Assembly (NCBI GenBank): GCA_951406725.2 | Contig: OX597830.1 | Span: 52,700,001 to 52,764,000, forward strand | Origin: Octopus vulgaris | Lineage: Eukaryota | DNA length: 64,000 nt | Direction: 5' to 3' | Shown: in pieces, positions 1 to 13,050 of the stretch | Position numbering within the stretch: position 1 is the first letter of the stretch | Layout of the letters: every line of letters begins with the position of its first letter | Position numbers and translations under genes: made by a program | The notes under the pieces: model-generated | What the model saw: the letters and a program-made list of their open reading frames with translations, nothing else | What the model was told of the DNA's origin: nothing | Database searches by the model: none

Positions 1-368
1 GCAGCTTTGGCAAAGTCAACTCTGTCGATGCCACTGAGTAAAAACAACCTTTCTGGCGCCATCATTCATCCGTTGATACCCAAGAGGAAAAGCCATTCGG
101 AATCTAGTGTATTTTGTTCGGATTACAGTGGTGTCGCCGAAACAACGGATTCTGAAGATAACAAACTTTGCGCACCTGGAAAAACGAAAACCTACAAGCG
201 AACTCCAGTGAAGGCAGCAATACCTTGTGTGAAAACCCAGTTTACAAGTTCGACACCCAATAAACCTCAAGTATCGCAGAAACCCTCATCTGTTGGGTCC
301 AGCCATTCCAAAAAGCCTGTTACTGTCCATAATAGCTGGTTCATCATGCCTTATTTGTCACAGTGTAG
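1..368 (+). CDS. Internal coding exon (starts before the window) of a GRAMD2/GRAMD2B-like membrane protein; Ser/Thr/Lys-rich linker
   Basis: Frame 1 is open from base 1 (AALAKSTLSM...NSWFIMPYLSQC) and ends at AG|gtacc (phase 2), which splices in frame to 1811. Confidence 0.75.
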
Positions 369-610
369 GTACCTCCTTATTTGTCATGACAAACAGAGTA
401 GTATGAACCTCCTCTGTCTGACATAGTTTATTTTTTCACCACTATATGTACCTCTTTCATATGTCAAAGTTTATGTACCTCCTCTATCTCTCTCAGTGTA
501 TGTACCACTTTTGTATGTCACACTGTATGTACCTCTTTTCTATGCCACTGTGTATGTACCACTTCTATCTGTCAGAGTGTATGTACTTCATACTTCTATA
601 TGTCACACAT
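351..610. repeat. 27-bp minisatellite overlapping a splice donor
   Basis: atgtac recurs at 446, 473, 500, 527, 554 and 581; the unit resembles the exon end gtcacagtgtag|gtacctcc. Confidence 0.85.
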
Positions 611-1086
611 ATGATGTTAGGATACATCAAACAGACAATACTGCACATTTATATATAAGGAAATGTTGTTTCATAAAAACAGCACAGTCTTACATATTAA
701 CAAACGGTGTAATTTATCGTAGGCCGGCAGAGGTTCTATAAGAAATCAATATATCCCATTTGTTATCCATTCAGGTTTCAACTGTCAACAGACATATGAA
801 TCTATATGCCAGTTAGCCCTCAAGTTACTACGGTAAGTCAAAATAATGGCTTTTAATCTCTTTCCCTCTAACATTCTTTTTCACAATTGTATTAAAATTC
901 ATTGATCTTTATCAGTACACTCTGTATATCATTTGTATTTAACAGTGTCACAGAAAAAAAAACACTAGCTGTGCTCATGTGTATGTATTTATGTGCAGTA
1001 GTGGTGGTCGTGGTCATGGCGGCGGCTGTGGTCCGCTATTGTTTTTCTTTGTCAAAGCTACCAAACGTCAAGATTGTCTGCACTAA

Positions 1087-1750
1087 ATAGTACTTATAGC
1101 ACTGTAGTTATACACTCTAACATATTATACAGGGCTTATAGTCCCTCTAACACACTATATGCACATACACGTACATATAGTACTGTAGTAGCATAGTAAT
1201 ACACTATATAGTACCTATATATGAAGGCGCATGGCTCAGTGGTTTGAGCGTCGAGCTTACAATCGTGAGGTTGTGAGCTTGAATCCCAGACCAGGCTGCG
1301 TGTTGTGTTCTTGAGAAAGACACTTTATTTCATATTGCTCCAGTTTACTCAGCTGTAGAAACGAGTTGCGACGTCACAGGTGCCAAGCTGTATCGGCCTT
1401 TGGTGTGGAGAGGGGAGGCCAGTATGCATGGGCGACTGCTAGTCGTCCATAAACAACCTTGCCCGGACTTGTGCCTGGGAGGGTAACTTTCTAGGTGCAA
1501 TCCCATGGTTTGTGTCGTGACCAAAGGGGTTCTCAAAGTACCTATATGTATCGTAGTGATGGTAATACACTATGTATCACCTATAATACTGTAATCACGC
1601 TCTAAGACATCATTTAGTGAACAATGATGCTGTATATAACACCTGCACATACTGTAGTGATGCTTATACACTGTACATCACATATAGTATTGTAGTAACA
1701 TTCTATTACATCATCCATAGTACTGTAGTGATATTCTAATGCACAATACA
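1087..1750. repeat. Degenerate ~35-bp tandem repeat interrupted by a SINE
   Basis: Recurrent atagtactgtagt...acactctaacac units on both sides of the 1221-1536 insertion. Confidence 0.6.
1221..1536 (+). mobile_element. tRNA-derived SINE (family A), full length with TSD
   Basis: A box (tggctcagtgg) and B-box-like head; 11-bp direct repeat agtacctatat at 1210-1220 and 1537-1547; second copy at 12709. Confidence 0.85.
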
Positions 1751-1810
1751 TACTTTTATTTTTTCCCCCTCTCATCCTGTTCTTCTCTAACATCTGTCAA
1801 CTGATTTCAG

Positions 1811-1852
1811 GTTACCGAAGGCCCACATGGTACTAGCAATATGTGCAGCTAT
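1811..1852 (+). CDS. GRAMD2-like gene, 42-nt exon (start of TM helix)
   Basis: tttcag acceptor and gtaagt donor; reads (R)LPKAHMVLAICAA; phase 2/2. Confidence 0.8.
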
Positions 1853-2362
1853 GTAAGTATCACCATTTCTCAATAGAATCTACTGCTTTATTTGTTGTTG
1901 TTGTTGTTTGAGAGCTCCACCCCCACCAGGGAAACCCAGATCCAACAGACATATCTAGGACCAGCCTGTCTTTTATTCAGTCATCGTGTATGTCAGACTA
2001 CATCATATGATGTGTCTGTAAGACAGTAAGCAGGTGTAATTTGAGGAAGGGATATTTGGCTGCTATTTCTAGCAGGTTGAGTAATGACCATGCAGAAGTT
2101 CTTTTCTCAGATCATTGTTGATGTGGCAGTCACTGTAGTCTCCAACAACTGTTGCTGTGTCTGCCAGTTGGCAGAAACAGTTATTGCTTCAGGAAACCCC
2201 TTTCTGGAATTTTAATTCATTCCTCTGTGTTCTGAATTCAAATCCTGCTTTGATCAAATTTGCCCTTCACTCCACCTGTGGTCACTGGTATTTACTAATC
2301 CCCCTTTCTCAAAATTGCTAGCCTTGTACCTAAATCAGAAATCATTATAATAATAATAATAA

Positions 2363-2662
2363 TAACAAGAGCACTCAGAGAGTGCAAACCTCTGCCAAGG
2401 CAACACCAGTGTCCTCTCAACGATTAGCCAGGGTTTTTAAAATGAAAATATCTTAAATAAACTTGACTGCTCTCACAAACTAGAATACTAAAAATGAACC
2501 TGACCGCTCTCAAACATTAAGTAAAAAAACATGAAATGTAATCCAGAATCCTTGTCCAGTACCGGATCGATCCCAAAATCTAATACGTTTGTGCTGGTCA
2601 TGAGGCCAAACATCCCTGAAAGTTTCATCCAAATCCATCCAGTGGTTCTTGAGATATCTTGT
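2363..2662 (+). mobile_element. Non-autonomous Helentron/HINE-like element fragment
   Basis: aacaagagcactcagagag start and aagtttcatccaaatccatcc...ggttcttgagatatc motif resemble HINE-type repeats (recognised from memory). Confidence 0.4.
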
Positions 2663-3397
2663 TGAGCACTGGTACCAATGTAATTGACTAAACCCCTCTC
2701 ACAAAATTTCAGGCCTTGTGCCTAAACTAGAAAGGGTTATTATTGTCAGTTGGACTGCAAAAATCAGTAGAGTGTTAACGAAAATGCCTTGAGGGATTTA
2801 GTAACATACTAAACTCAAATATCATTTAGGTCAAATTTGTATTTCATCCTACAGGAGTCAGTAGAATAAAATACCAGTGAGACACTTGGATTAATACAAT
2901 TGACTGGTCCCTCCTCCTCTTTCCCCACCAAGTTTGTGGGTGCCACAGAGAGGAGAGAATGGTGACAAAAATATCTTACATATTTAGTCTCGTTTAACTT
3001 TTTTTTTTGTATATGTTGTTTTTGTTTAGTCCCATATCAACTCTGATTAAAGTCAGCAGGTTGTGGTTTGAGAGGGATTTGGCTGCTATTTCTAGCAAGT
3101 GAATGCTTGGAGACCTTTGTTGTGATAACATAGATATTTTAATATGTGTGATATGTTAGTCTGACATTCTGTAGTTTTAAAAAAAAAAGGTAAAAAGGTA
3201 AAAACAAAACAGTCTGGGGGATCAGGGATGACCTGGGTACATTTACCCAGTTATACCTCTCTTGTATTAAATAATTTAAACTTCCATCAAGTGACCAAGC
3301 ATTTCTAAACCCTTCTTCTCCCCAACTGACTACATTTTGGTGAATCTTTGACTGTTGAAATATCTCTAATCCATTGTTTTGTCTTTGTCTCTTCCAG

Positions 3398-3508
3398 TAT
3401 GATATTCCTGCTGGTATCTGCCGTCACCCTTACGTATAAGGTGCTGTTAATCCAGGCCAAACTTGATACTCTGCAGGTTTGGTCACCTGCCTTAAAAAAC
3501 TTGTATAG
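3398..3508 (+). CDS. GRAMD2-like gene, TM helix exon
   Basis: Polypyrimidine tract with ttccag acceptor, AG|gtaaac donor; reads (I)MIFLLVSAVTLTYKVLLIQAKLDTLQVWSPALKNLY; 111 nt. Confidence 0.8.
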
Positions 3509-4467
3509 GTAAACACTTTACTCTTGTTTGTTATTCTTTATCTTATTACTTTCATTCAGTCTTTGGGCTGCGACCATACTTGGATACCACCTTGAAGGTT
3601 TTTGGGGTTTTTTTTTTTTATCAATTATATTCAACCCCACTATTTGTCCTTACTGACTTTTTTCCCCCTTTGTTCTCTTAGCTTTGGTCTTTTTCTCTCA
3701 TGTTTCTGCAATAACCATGATGAAGCAGTTTCTGATTCCTCGGTCCTGTTCAGAAATCACTGCTCTTGCTTCCCTTTCTCTCTGTCCAAATATCAGTCAT
3801 ATAGGACATACTAGTTCCACAATATCCCACCCTTACTAGTAGTACTGTACACTACAATCTTCATGTCTCACAATTCCCTTAGTCTTTCAAATTTTAACCC
3901 CTTCCTTTCATGTTACCTCTCCATGTTGTCTTCCCGAGGCACCATGAATTCAACAATCAGCACTTTTTTGGGGGGTGGGGTCACATTAGACCATGCTAGT
4001 ATAGTCGGAGAATTGTTTCATTAAGGTAATATGGTTGGAGAACACAAACACTTTCTTCAAATCCGCTTCTACCTTTCAGTAATCTGTAACAGATTACTTT
4101 TATGCTCCAGTGATGTACAAGCTTCTCATCAGAGTCCTTGTTGGACAACAAACACATGCATACAGATTATATACGATAAGCTTCTGTACAGTTTGCATCG
4201 ACCAAATTCATTCACAAGATATTGGTCAACTGGAAGTGATGTAGTTTTTTAGGGTGTAGTTAGAGCAGGGAAAAAGGTAGTTATCCTCAGACTGGAGACC
4301 TAGGTCAAATGCTTGCAGTAGATTGGACCAGGGGATATTTAAAATAGGTGACAATAAGTCAACCACCCCCAAAACAGGAATAGTCCCTTTGATGAACATC
4401 TTACACAAGTTTCCGTCTACCAAATTTCACTCACTAAACTTAAGTGGACCTGAAGGTGTGGTAGAAT

Positions 4468-4735
4468 ATCATCATCATCATCATCGTTTAACGTCTGTTC
4501 TCCATGCTAGCATGGGTTGGACGATTTTGACTGAGGGCTGGCGGACCAGACGGCCGCACCAGGCTCCAATCTTGATCTGGCAGAGTTTCTACAGCTGGAT
4601 GCCCTTCCTAATGCCAACCACTCCGAGAGTGTAGTGGGTGCTTTTTACGTGCCACCGGCATGTGGCCAGTCAGGCGGCACTGGCAATGACCTTGCTCGAA
4701 TCTTTTTACACATGCCACCGGCACAGGTGCCGACA
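4468..4735 (-). mobile_element. RTE-tail SINE-like repeat (family D)
   Basis: (cat)n tail followed by gtttaacgtc...ccatgctagcatgggttggacg; same family at 5273, 18577, 28420, 41795, 44000, 51604, 53690 and 56108. Confidence 0.75.
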
Positions 4736-4840
4736 TGTACAAAATGGTATGTACTGAGATTGAACCCAGAACCTCTCTCTTTCTTTCTCATACACACACA
4801 CACACACACGATTTCTATACCTGCCTACTTGTCATTTCAG

Positions 4841-4946
4841 AGATAAAATACATTCAGACATTTACATGATGCGAGCCCAGAGTCATAGTGCATTGGTCCA
4901 ACAACTACACCTCGTTTTAGAGGCTAATATACATGTATTGGAAGAA
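4841..4946 (+). CDS. GRAMD2-like gene, luminal helix exon
   Basis: tttcag acceptor and gtgagt donor; reads (R)DKIHSDIYMMRAQSHSALVQQLHLVLEANIHVLEE. From memory, this resembles the GRAMD2B C-terminal 'L.AN...LE....L' helix. Confidence 0.8.
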
Positions 4947-5989
4947 GTGAGTGTTTTAAACATACCTTTTGTTGTTATTATTATTATTGTTATTGTTGTT
5001 GTTTGTGTTTTTTCAGTATTTAATCCTTAATATTGTTTGTTGAAAGCCAAGCTTGAAACTGGATTTGGTTTCTTTATCCTGCCAATTTTACATATTGTGT
5101 TGAGTCGTGTGTGGGTGAGTGGATAGTACACTGAACAAGCAGCCAAAAAGTTGACTGTTCAAATGATGTTTCCATCACTCTTCTGGTATGCCTTTGGACT
5201 GATTGGTTAAGGTACATTCAAGATCAGCCAATCAAATGTATACTGCATATATGTATGATGTAAGTGATTATATCATCATCATCATCATCATCGTTTAGCA
5301 TCCGCTTTCCATGCTAGCATGGGTTGGACGGTTCAACTGGGGTCTGGGAAGCCAGAAGGCTGCACTAGGCCCAGTTTGATCTGGCAATGTTTCTACGGCT
5401 GGATGCCCTTCCTAATGCCATGTGTATATATATATATCATCATATCATCATCATCATCATTTAGCGTCCGTTCTCCAAAATGATGATGATGATGATGATG
5501 ATGATGATATATATATATACACATGGCGTTAGGAAGGGCATCCAGCCGTAGAAACACACATGTAGGTAGTTCTGGGTGGACCAGATCTACATCTTGATTA
5601 GTTCCAATAGCTGGGTGCCTTTCCTAACACCAACCACTTTACTGGGGACGTTTCATTGTGGCACCAGCATTAAAGTGATTTTTTTTCTTTTTCTCCAGCA
5701 AAGCTAAAAGAATTCTCTCTCTACCCAATATTGTACATTTGCCAATCTATCACTGGGAGAAACAATGATAGGAGCAAGATTTGGTAGAAGGAGTAATGGA
5801 AGAGACACAATGCCAGGCAGCTACATGCTGGATGTTAGGAAAGTGATCAGGGAAAAGACATAAGCAATGTCATAGGAGGGAGATAAGGTGATGGAGGAAA
5901 GAGAGGGTGGTGTATGTCAGCAATAAGTGAGAGCAGGAGAATGATGGCTAGCAATAAAGAGGAGTGGTGATAGGAGGGGGCACATCCAA

Positions 5990-6400
5990 TGCCATCCATT
6001 GTAACACATGTTATGACAGTTCCATGCCATTTCTTTATACAATTTCGTACACCTTTATACCTGTATCAGTAAAGAATTCTCTTTTGTACACACTGCATCT
6101 GATTCCTCTTGTAGTCAATTTTCCTTCTCTATTCTTTTGTACTTCCTCATTCCACACACACACTGGCATTGTTCATCCAGTGGAACATGCCCACTTCACC
6201 TCTTTCCAACCTTTGCAAGACTAACATCTTGCCATGCAGCATCACACTACGTACATAAACATGATACAATTTCAAAGAGAGAAATTCTTTGTTGCTGCTT
6301 AAAAGTAACAGTTCTCTTGACATTTTCTTCCCCATTCTTACCCTGGCTACTACACTTTCAGAAAAATCCACCTTAAGTTACCTAGGTAACCTATCAACTA
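5990..6400 (-). mobile_element. Decayed RTE-clade LINE fragment
   Basis: Minus strand reads ...SESVVARVRMG...RELLLL...KLYHVYVRSVMLHG...RLER..., similar to the fragment at 32200-32450. Confidence 0.65.
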
Positions 6401-6657
6401 TTTCTGGGTATTTAAAGGAATCTGTCTTGTGAAAATTAATAATTAAGTACTTTGATCCATTCCACATATATTTAATTAGAACACTGTTAAACTCTGCTTC
6501 TCAAAAACTTGGCCCATACTTTTAAATCTGATTCTTATATTAGTAAATTTCTATTTCTCAACTTGCCAAGTTTAAAGGACATACTAACACACATGTGTGT
6601 TGTGTTTTTAAATACAACACTTCTATAAGACATGTTACCTTTGGATGAATACTGCAG

Positions 6658-6698
<41 letters not shown>

Positions 6699-7169
6699 AT
6701 ATATAATTGTATGTATACACACACACACAAACCTGAAATCACATGGTTGCAAAATGAACTTCTGAACCTTTTTTAATGCTCCCCTTATTTCCTAATCAAA
6801 TAACCACAGCAGTTGATGTGAGATGCTGAGTGTATTGGCTAACAATTTGTCATTTCTTTTTACCCACATTTGCTTTGTTATAATGTCAAATAGTAAGAGC
6901 AAGGAACTTCCTTTGCATTATATTCTAACCAGTCGCAGACTTTTATATGTTGTATTCCTGTTATGGAATACATTTGGTGACAAGAACACTCTTTATTCTT
7001 GCAAACAAGTCTACTATTGCCAGTAGCAATTGTGTAAACAAAGAAAACGTGAAGCTTGCGATGTGATGTGTCTTACCTCAAACTACACTTGTATGTGTGC
7101 AAACAAAAGGACACGGTCAGAGTGCTAGGGAGGAAGAAGTTCTTAAACTGACCACTATTTGTAATGGTG

Positions 7170-8000
7170 ACATAAATAGTCTTGACTATTAATTCTGCCA
7201 TGAACGGAAACCATTGGGCCAGTGGATTTCCAAGATATAGCTCCCCAGATCATCACAGATCCTCCTTTATGTTTAACAGTTGGAAAAGGGTCAAATGCTT
7301 CTTTTGCCTGTCTCCACACGTATACTCAGCCGGTGGTCGGAAATAAGGTAAAGGATGACTTGTCCAAGAAAATAACATTCTTCCACTGCTCTAGGGACCA
7401 AATTCTGTAGGTTTTTACTCCACTCTAAATGCTTTGCAACGTTTGTTTTTGAAAGTAGTGGACTTCTGATTGCAGCCCTCCCATGAAATCCAGCTTTGTG
7501 CAGCTCCCAGAGAACAGTTTTTGTGGAAACTGGGTTCTCAAGGTGGTAGTTAAGCTCTGCAGTAATTTTGGGAGCTGTACCTTTGTGATCCTTTCCAACA
7601 ATTCATGAAAGAGTCCGACGGTCCCTGTCTGAAAGTTTGGGTTTTCTTCCGGAGTTTTGTTTTAATGAGGAAGTTTTTCTCTCTTTCTCAAAGGCTGTCA
7701 TTACTTTTGAGACAGTACTTCTTGATACACCAAACATTTCGGCTGTTTTCATTACATTAGTGCCTGCCATATGAGCACCAACAATTTGACCTCTTTGAAA
7801 GTCTGATAGACCTGTCATTTTAATGAATTTTAATTACCTTTTTCTGATGATCTCTGAAAAGAAACAACAATTTTAGCAAAATATATTAAGCAACGCTAAT
7901 AATAAATCAAAAAACATAAAAAATAAACTAGCTTTTGACGGTTTTATAGATATTTCAAAATTATGATGCTAGGTATTTCCATTATTTTGTCCAACTTCTG
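7170..8000 (-). mobile_element. Tc1 transposon remnant (5' TIR and broken transposase)
   Basis: HTH-like N-terminus LSDFQRGQIVGA...VSRSTVSKV...SGRKPKLSDRDRR and a MIWGAISWKSTGP block; TIR-like cagaagttggacaaaataatgg at 8000; contains in-frame stops. Confidence 0.9.
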
Positions 8001-8080
8001 TGTGTGTGTGTGTGTGTGCTTGTGTTACTGCATGTTTTATATATATATATATAACAGACGTTACTTCGTTTATTTTTCAG

Positions 8081-8221
8081 CTCAGTGTGTCACTCAACAG
8101 CCTTAAAGCCTCCAGTCTTGCCTGCAACAACGGCAGGGAAAGCTCACCTTCAGGAGTAACAGAGAGCAGCAGTAGTAGTAGCAGCAGCACCATCAACCGT
8201 TACCAGACTGTCAGCCGTTAA
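8081..8221 (+). CDS. GRAMD2-like gene, terminal coding exon
   Basis: tttttcag acceptor, phase 0; reads LSVSLNSLKASSLACNNGRESSPSGVTESSSSSSSSTINRYQTVSR-TAA. Family assignment is inferred from architecture because the GRAM domain would lie upstream of the window. Confidence 0.75.
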   Translation, partial: LSVSLNSLKASSLACNNGRESSPSGVTESSSSSSSSTINRYQTVSR

Positions 8222-8566
8222 CTCCAGAACATGAACACACACACACACACACACCACACGTACACAGATTTGGCTCTAAGCAGGCCGACTGTACTCTTAT
8301 AAGAGTGCTTGTTGCTCGTTGAAAACACTTTGCTGGGTGGGGCGAATATATAATTTTTTTTTTTTACACCCATCACATTGAGAGTTACCTCCCTGTAACT
8401 CCATTTTCTCTATTTCTTCAATTGTTCTTAACGTCCAAAATCACAATTTTAAACGTTATTATAATTAATTAATTAATAATAACTAACCCGAACCCTCTGT
8501 CCTCTCCCCAACACACACACACACTTTTTTATTTTTTATTTCCTTCTTCATTTCTCCCCCACTCTC

Positions 8567-8601
<35 letters not shown>

Positions 8602-11600
8602 TCAATTATTTCACAGTGATAACTCCAATGATTATTTAAAATATGAGAACCAAGAAACAAGATTCACAATTGTAAATTTTTCCTGTGTGGTCATCTTCCA
8701 CCTCTCCCTCCCTCCCTCCTTTCCATATTTTAGCCACAAGATGTCCACGTACGAGAGAATCTATTTATTGAGAACCTCTCAAAGCTTCATTTCATTTTTA
8801 TTTTTTATTTTGTTTTTATGTTTCATTTGTCTTAAATCTAAATTATTTTTTACATACAACTAGTTGTCTCCCTCCCCCCCCGCCCTCACACAAACACCCT
8901 CTCTCACACACACACACACACAGAAAGAAATTCCTGAAACTCAGAAATATTTGCAGATGTCTTTATTTATTATACTGTTTGATGCTTCTGCAATTTACCA
9001 TCGCCCCTATATATTTTATTGTTTTTATTGGTTTTCTTTTAACTTTATTATCATCTCAGTGACTTAATATGTATTAACTTACTGATGTTCACAAAACTTT
9101 TTAATTCCTTGTTTTCCAACATCACAGAATAAGCTGAAGCAAATAATTGTTTATCTCCCTTGTTGTTGGGGGTTCTCTAGATTTTCTTTTTTTCTCCCTA
9201 ATTTCTCAGACACACACACATAAATTCGTTATTGGCGATGAAAAGAGTATTTGTTCAGAATAGTAATATGTATATCTTACTTAACATAGATATACTGTGA
9301 GAAAGCCACAATGCTATGGTATTCATCTTGAAAAGGCATCTTAGCATCACTGTTTTAGCTTTCTTACAGTATATCTACATTAAGTATGGTATACAAATGA
9401 ACACACACACACAGAGTCAAACACTAAACATTATATCATCCCTCTACGTCTATTTCTCTGATTTATTTCTCCAAACGATTTTGTTGCCTTGTGCAGTACA
9501 GTTTCAGTGTTTGAAGTTGATGTTTGTGTTTCCCCTTTCTCTTCCTCTCCCTCCCAATAATCTTCAACTCATCATTATAACTCCTTGAATGAGAAACCTT
9601 GGAGTTTGTTTTTTTTTTTTTGTTTTTTTTTAAGTTTTTATTTTATAACCGGCTTTTATTCAAGTATTTTCTACATTTAAATTAAATATATACTTGAATT
9701 CACATCAGTTATAGACACATACATATACATGGCAGGGTCGTATATATGTAACACTAAATTTCAAAAAAAATAGATCAATTGGAGTTATCCAAGCAATTAG
9801 TAGACAAAACCTCCCCTTTGGGTTGCTTAATTTAACAAAAAAAAACGATAAGGGAGATATCAATGATTTGTTGAGAGAGTGCAAATGTGTTTAACAGGGA
9901 AAGTAATTCTTTATTCACTAGTGTGTGTGTGAAATTGTGTGAGCATTGTGTTGTAAGTTCTGTGAATTGCCAAAGACACTATTGAATTCTATAAACTCTC
10001 TCAGTGACAGGCCTCACATCTAGACTGGCTTTTTGCTATATGCACACCTGTGTGTATATGTATAAGAGCAGGCTAGGTACTAAAATGAAACTCAGAACAA
10101 ACTGTCATTACATATGACTTTCAGTACATTATTCCCACCACTCACTGAGAGAATGTTCTGGTTTAGGTCCACCAGGCATACAGATATGTGATAATACCTT
10201 TGACCCTTCCTGTTTCTTCTCTTGGACCAATTTCCACTGAATTTTATTTCATCTACAGTAATTTCACATGTTCTTCTAAGAATGCCAGATTTTTTTACTT
10301 TCAACAGATATAATAATTTGAAAGTTTAACATTAAATTTGTCCTGTGATAACTTTCACTGAACAACATCTGACTTAGCTGAGAATAGTGACATTGGTATG
10401 TACCCTGTCATTGATCTGGTTTATGGTGACCCCATGGGAGGAGGGTTTGGCTAACTTTAATGCCTAACTATTGGTTAAAAACCTATTGATGTGGAGAGGG
10501 TTGTGTGTGTGTATGTATGTACACACACATATATATATATATATCCTGCCACTGCCCTCAGTTGGCTTCTTTGCAATAAAGTTAGTCCCGTGAGAAGGAG
10601 AGGTGAGTCACTTTGATATTAAACCATCTCTATACTGAGTCCCGTCTTCATATTCTGTGTATGAAGTTTTCTAGCTTTCATAGTCGTAACTTAATATTTG
10701 CAAAGGAAATAACTTAATTATATAACTATCTCTGTACCACTACCAATCTATGTTTATGTTCTATCTGAATATCTTTCAATTTATAGTAGAAAGATCAGGG
10801 ACAAATACCACAAGACCTCTCATCTAACACTCTAACAAAGCCACCGTTCCACTGCCCTAGACTGGTTCTAAAAGGGGTGAAAGGCAAAGTTGACCTCAAA
10901 TCTTCAGAGAGCCAGAACAGATATCAAAAGGTATACAATCCACCACTCTGATGACTAGGCCACTCATGGTGCCTGTTTGTGTGCGTGCGTGTGTGTGTTT
11001 ATGCCTAAAAGAGTATAAAAATCTATGTGTATATATGTGTGTATGTAAAATACCAGATTAATGTTTCAAATCTTGTTAGCCTAGTTGATTTTTCTTTACA
11101 CTGTGATTATCTTTAAACTCGTTTGTCCAGTTCTGTTGGACAAAATAATTCTTTATCACTAGTTTTAAGCTTATTTCTCCAGTTCTGCCATTATTTAGAC
11201 ATCCTGACGGGGGGAAATGCTTCTCTCCAGAATCCCTCCCACGGCTTGTGATGAGTAATGAAACCAATCGCTATGCAAATAACTGGTAGCTACCAGACTG
11301 TCTGATACAGTTATATTGAGATGAAGATAGGGAGAGAGGCTCATTGACACCCCAATTAGTCTTAGGACTCACTTGAGCAAGTCTGTACAATTATCAAAAA
11401 ATGAATGCCTTAAATAGAAAAAAAAAAAAATGGGTTAGCTATGAAAATTACATATTGGGATGGTATTTGGTGCAGAGTTGAGCCCAGAAAAATTTATAAA
11501 TTAGTATTTATGTATTTCATTGGAGCAAAAATATGCCTGAATTTAATTCTGAAGTTTGGGGGAAAATCTGAGGAAATTTGTTAAACAAACAATAACTTGG

Positions 11601-12708
11601 TGTATTTTAAATGGAAAGTGAATATTGAATTTTAAATTCTGGTTTTAAACTTAGAATCAGTTTGGTCTTTTATCTGAGTTGTCTGATTCTTGAAAAGTTT
11701 TCAGAAAATATGGAATATTTCTTGCAATATATATACATGAAAACAATATTCATAAATGGATTTGGGGAAATAATCTTCAATTTTAGATTTTAATTTTCAA
11801 TCGTACATTTTTAATTGATTTTAATATTAAAATATATTTTGGGGGTAACAAACTAAAGATTTTAAGCTAAATAAAATAGTTTTTTCTACATACTCTAATT
11901 TATCTTACATGGTCAGGTATAAGATTTCCACAAATATAATTTTATTCCCATACCTCCAGCAAGAAATGTAAAATATAAACAGGTTGTTTCCACCCACCCA
12001 CCTCTCTCTCACTCATAGAATTTACTGAACTATCTACTTCGCTCATGTGAAGGCTATGGCTCTGCAGTGACTCTCACATTTCATGAAGGGAAGCTGATCT
12101 GTGGCTCATTACATTTCTTATAAAATACCATGATATTAAATAGCCAGCAAATGATGCATTGGTGTCATCTAACACACTAGAAATAGCAGCCAATACTCCT
12201 CAAATTACTGTACCACTTTTGGGAAAGGGACAACTTTCACTGATGAGGTTTCAGATATGCAATATCCAGTGATAGAAGAAGGGAAGTGATGCTGGAACAT
12301 CTTTGGTCATAGATCCACTCAGTCAGGTCTGACCTGGGACTAATTGAAATATTTACCCAGGGTACCAAACTCTAAGACTTGACTATATTCAGTATCAGTG
12401 CCTCATGTTCTCGCTTCAGATCCTACCCGGGTTTTCTACTTTCATCCCTTCAAGGGTTGGTTAAATAAATACTAGTTATATGCCTAGTGTGAATGTGTAT
12501 TGATACATGTATCTGTAAGATGTCTATGTCACATATACATATATATATAGGCGCAGGAGTGGCTGTGTGGTAAGTAGCTTGCTTACCAACCACATGGTTC
12601 TGGGTTCAGTCCCACTGCATGGCACCGTAAGAGTGTGTGATAAAGCTCATATGAAAGAGGAAAATTATCTTTGCCATTCCCACTATCATTTATCAGCAGT
12701 AGTAATTG

Positions 12709-13050
12709 TGAAGGCGCATGGCTCAGTGGTTAGAGCGTCGAGCTTACGATCATGAGGTTGTGAGCTCGAATCCCGGACCGGGCTGCGTGTTGTGTTCTTG
12801 AGCAAGACACTTTATTTCACGTTGCTCCAGTTCACTCAGCTGTAGAAATGAGTTGCGACGTCACAGGTGCCAAGCTGTATCGGCCCTTGCCTTTCCCTTG
12901 GACGACATCGGTGATGTGGAGAGGGGAGACCGGTATGCATGGGCGACTGCTGGTCTTCCATAAAACAACCTTGCCCAGACTTGTGCCTCAGAGGGTAACT
13001 CTCTAGGTGCAAACCCATGGTCAGTGTCTGACCGAAGGGGGTCAAAAAAA
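12709..13050 (+). mobile_element. tRNA-derived SINE (family A), full length
   Basis: Near-identical to 1221-1536; A-tail; flanked by aattgt on both sides. Confidence 0.85.

Noticed and set aside
446-658. ORF with a 9-aa Cys/Met/His repeat that looks like a metal-binding peptide
   Set aside because: It is the translation of the intronic 27-bp minisatellite, with no exon signals.
12709-12790. tRNA-like sequence with A and B boxes
   Set aside because: SINE head that continues into the SINE body; no proper acceptor stem.
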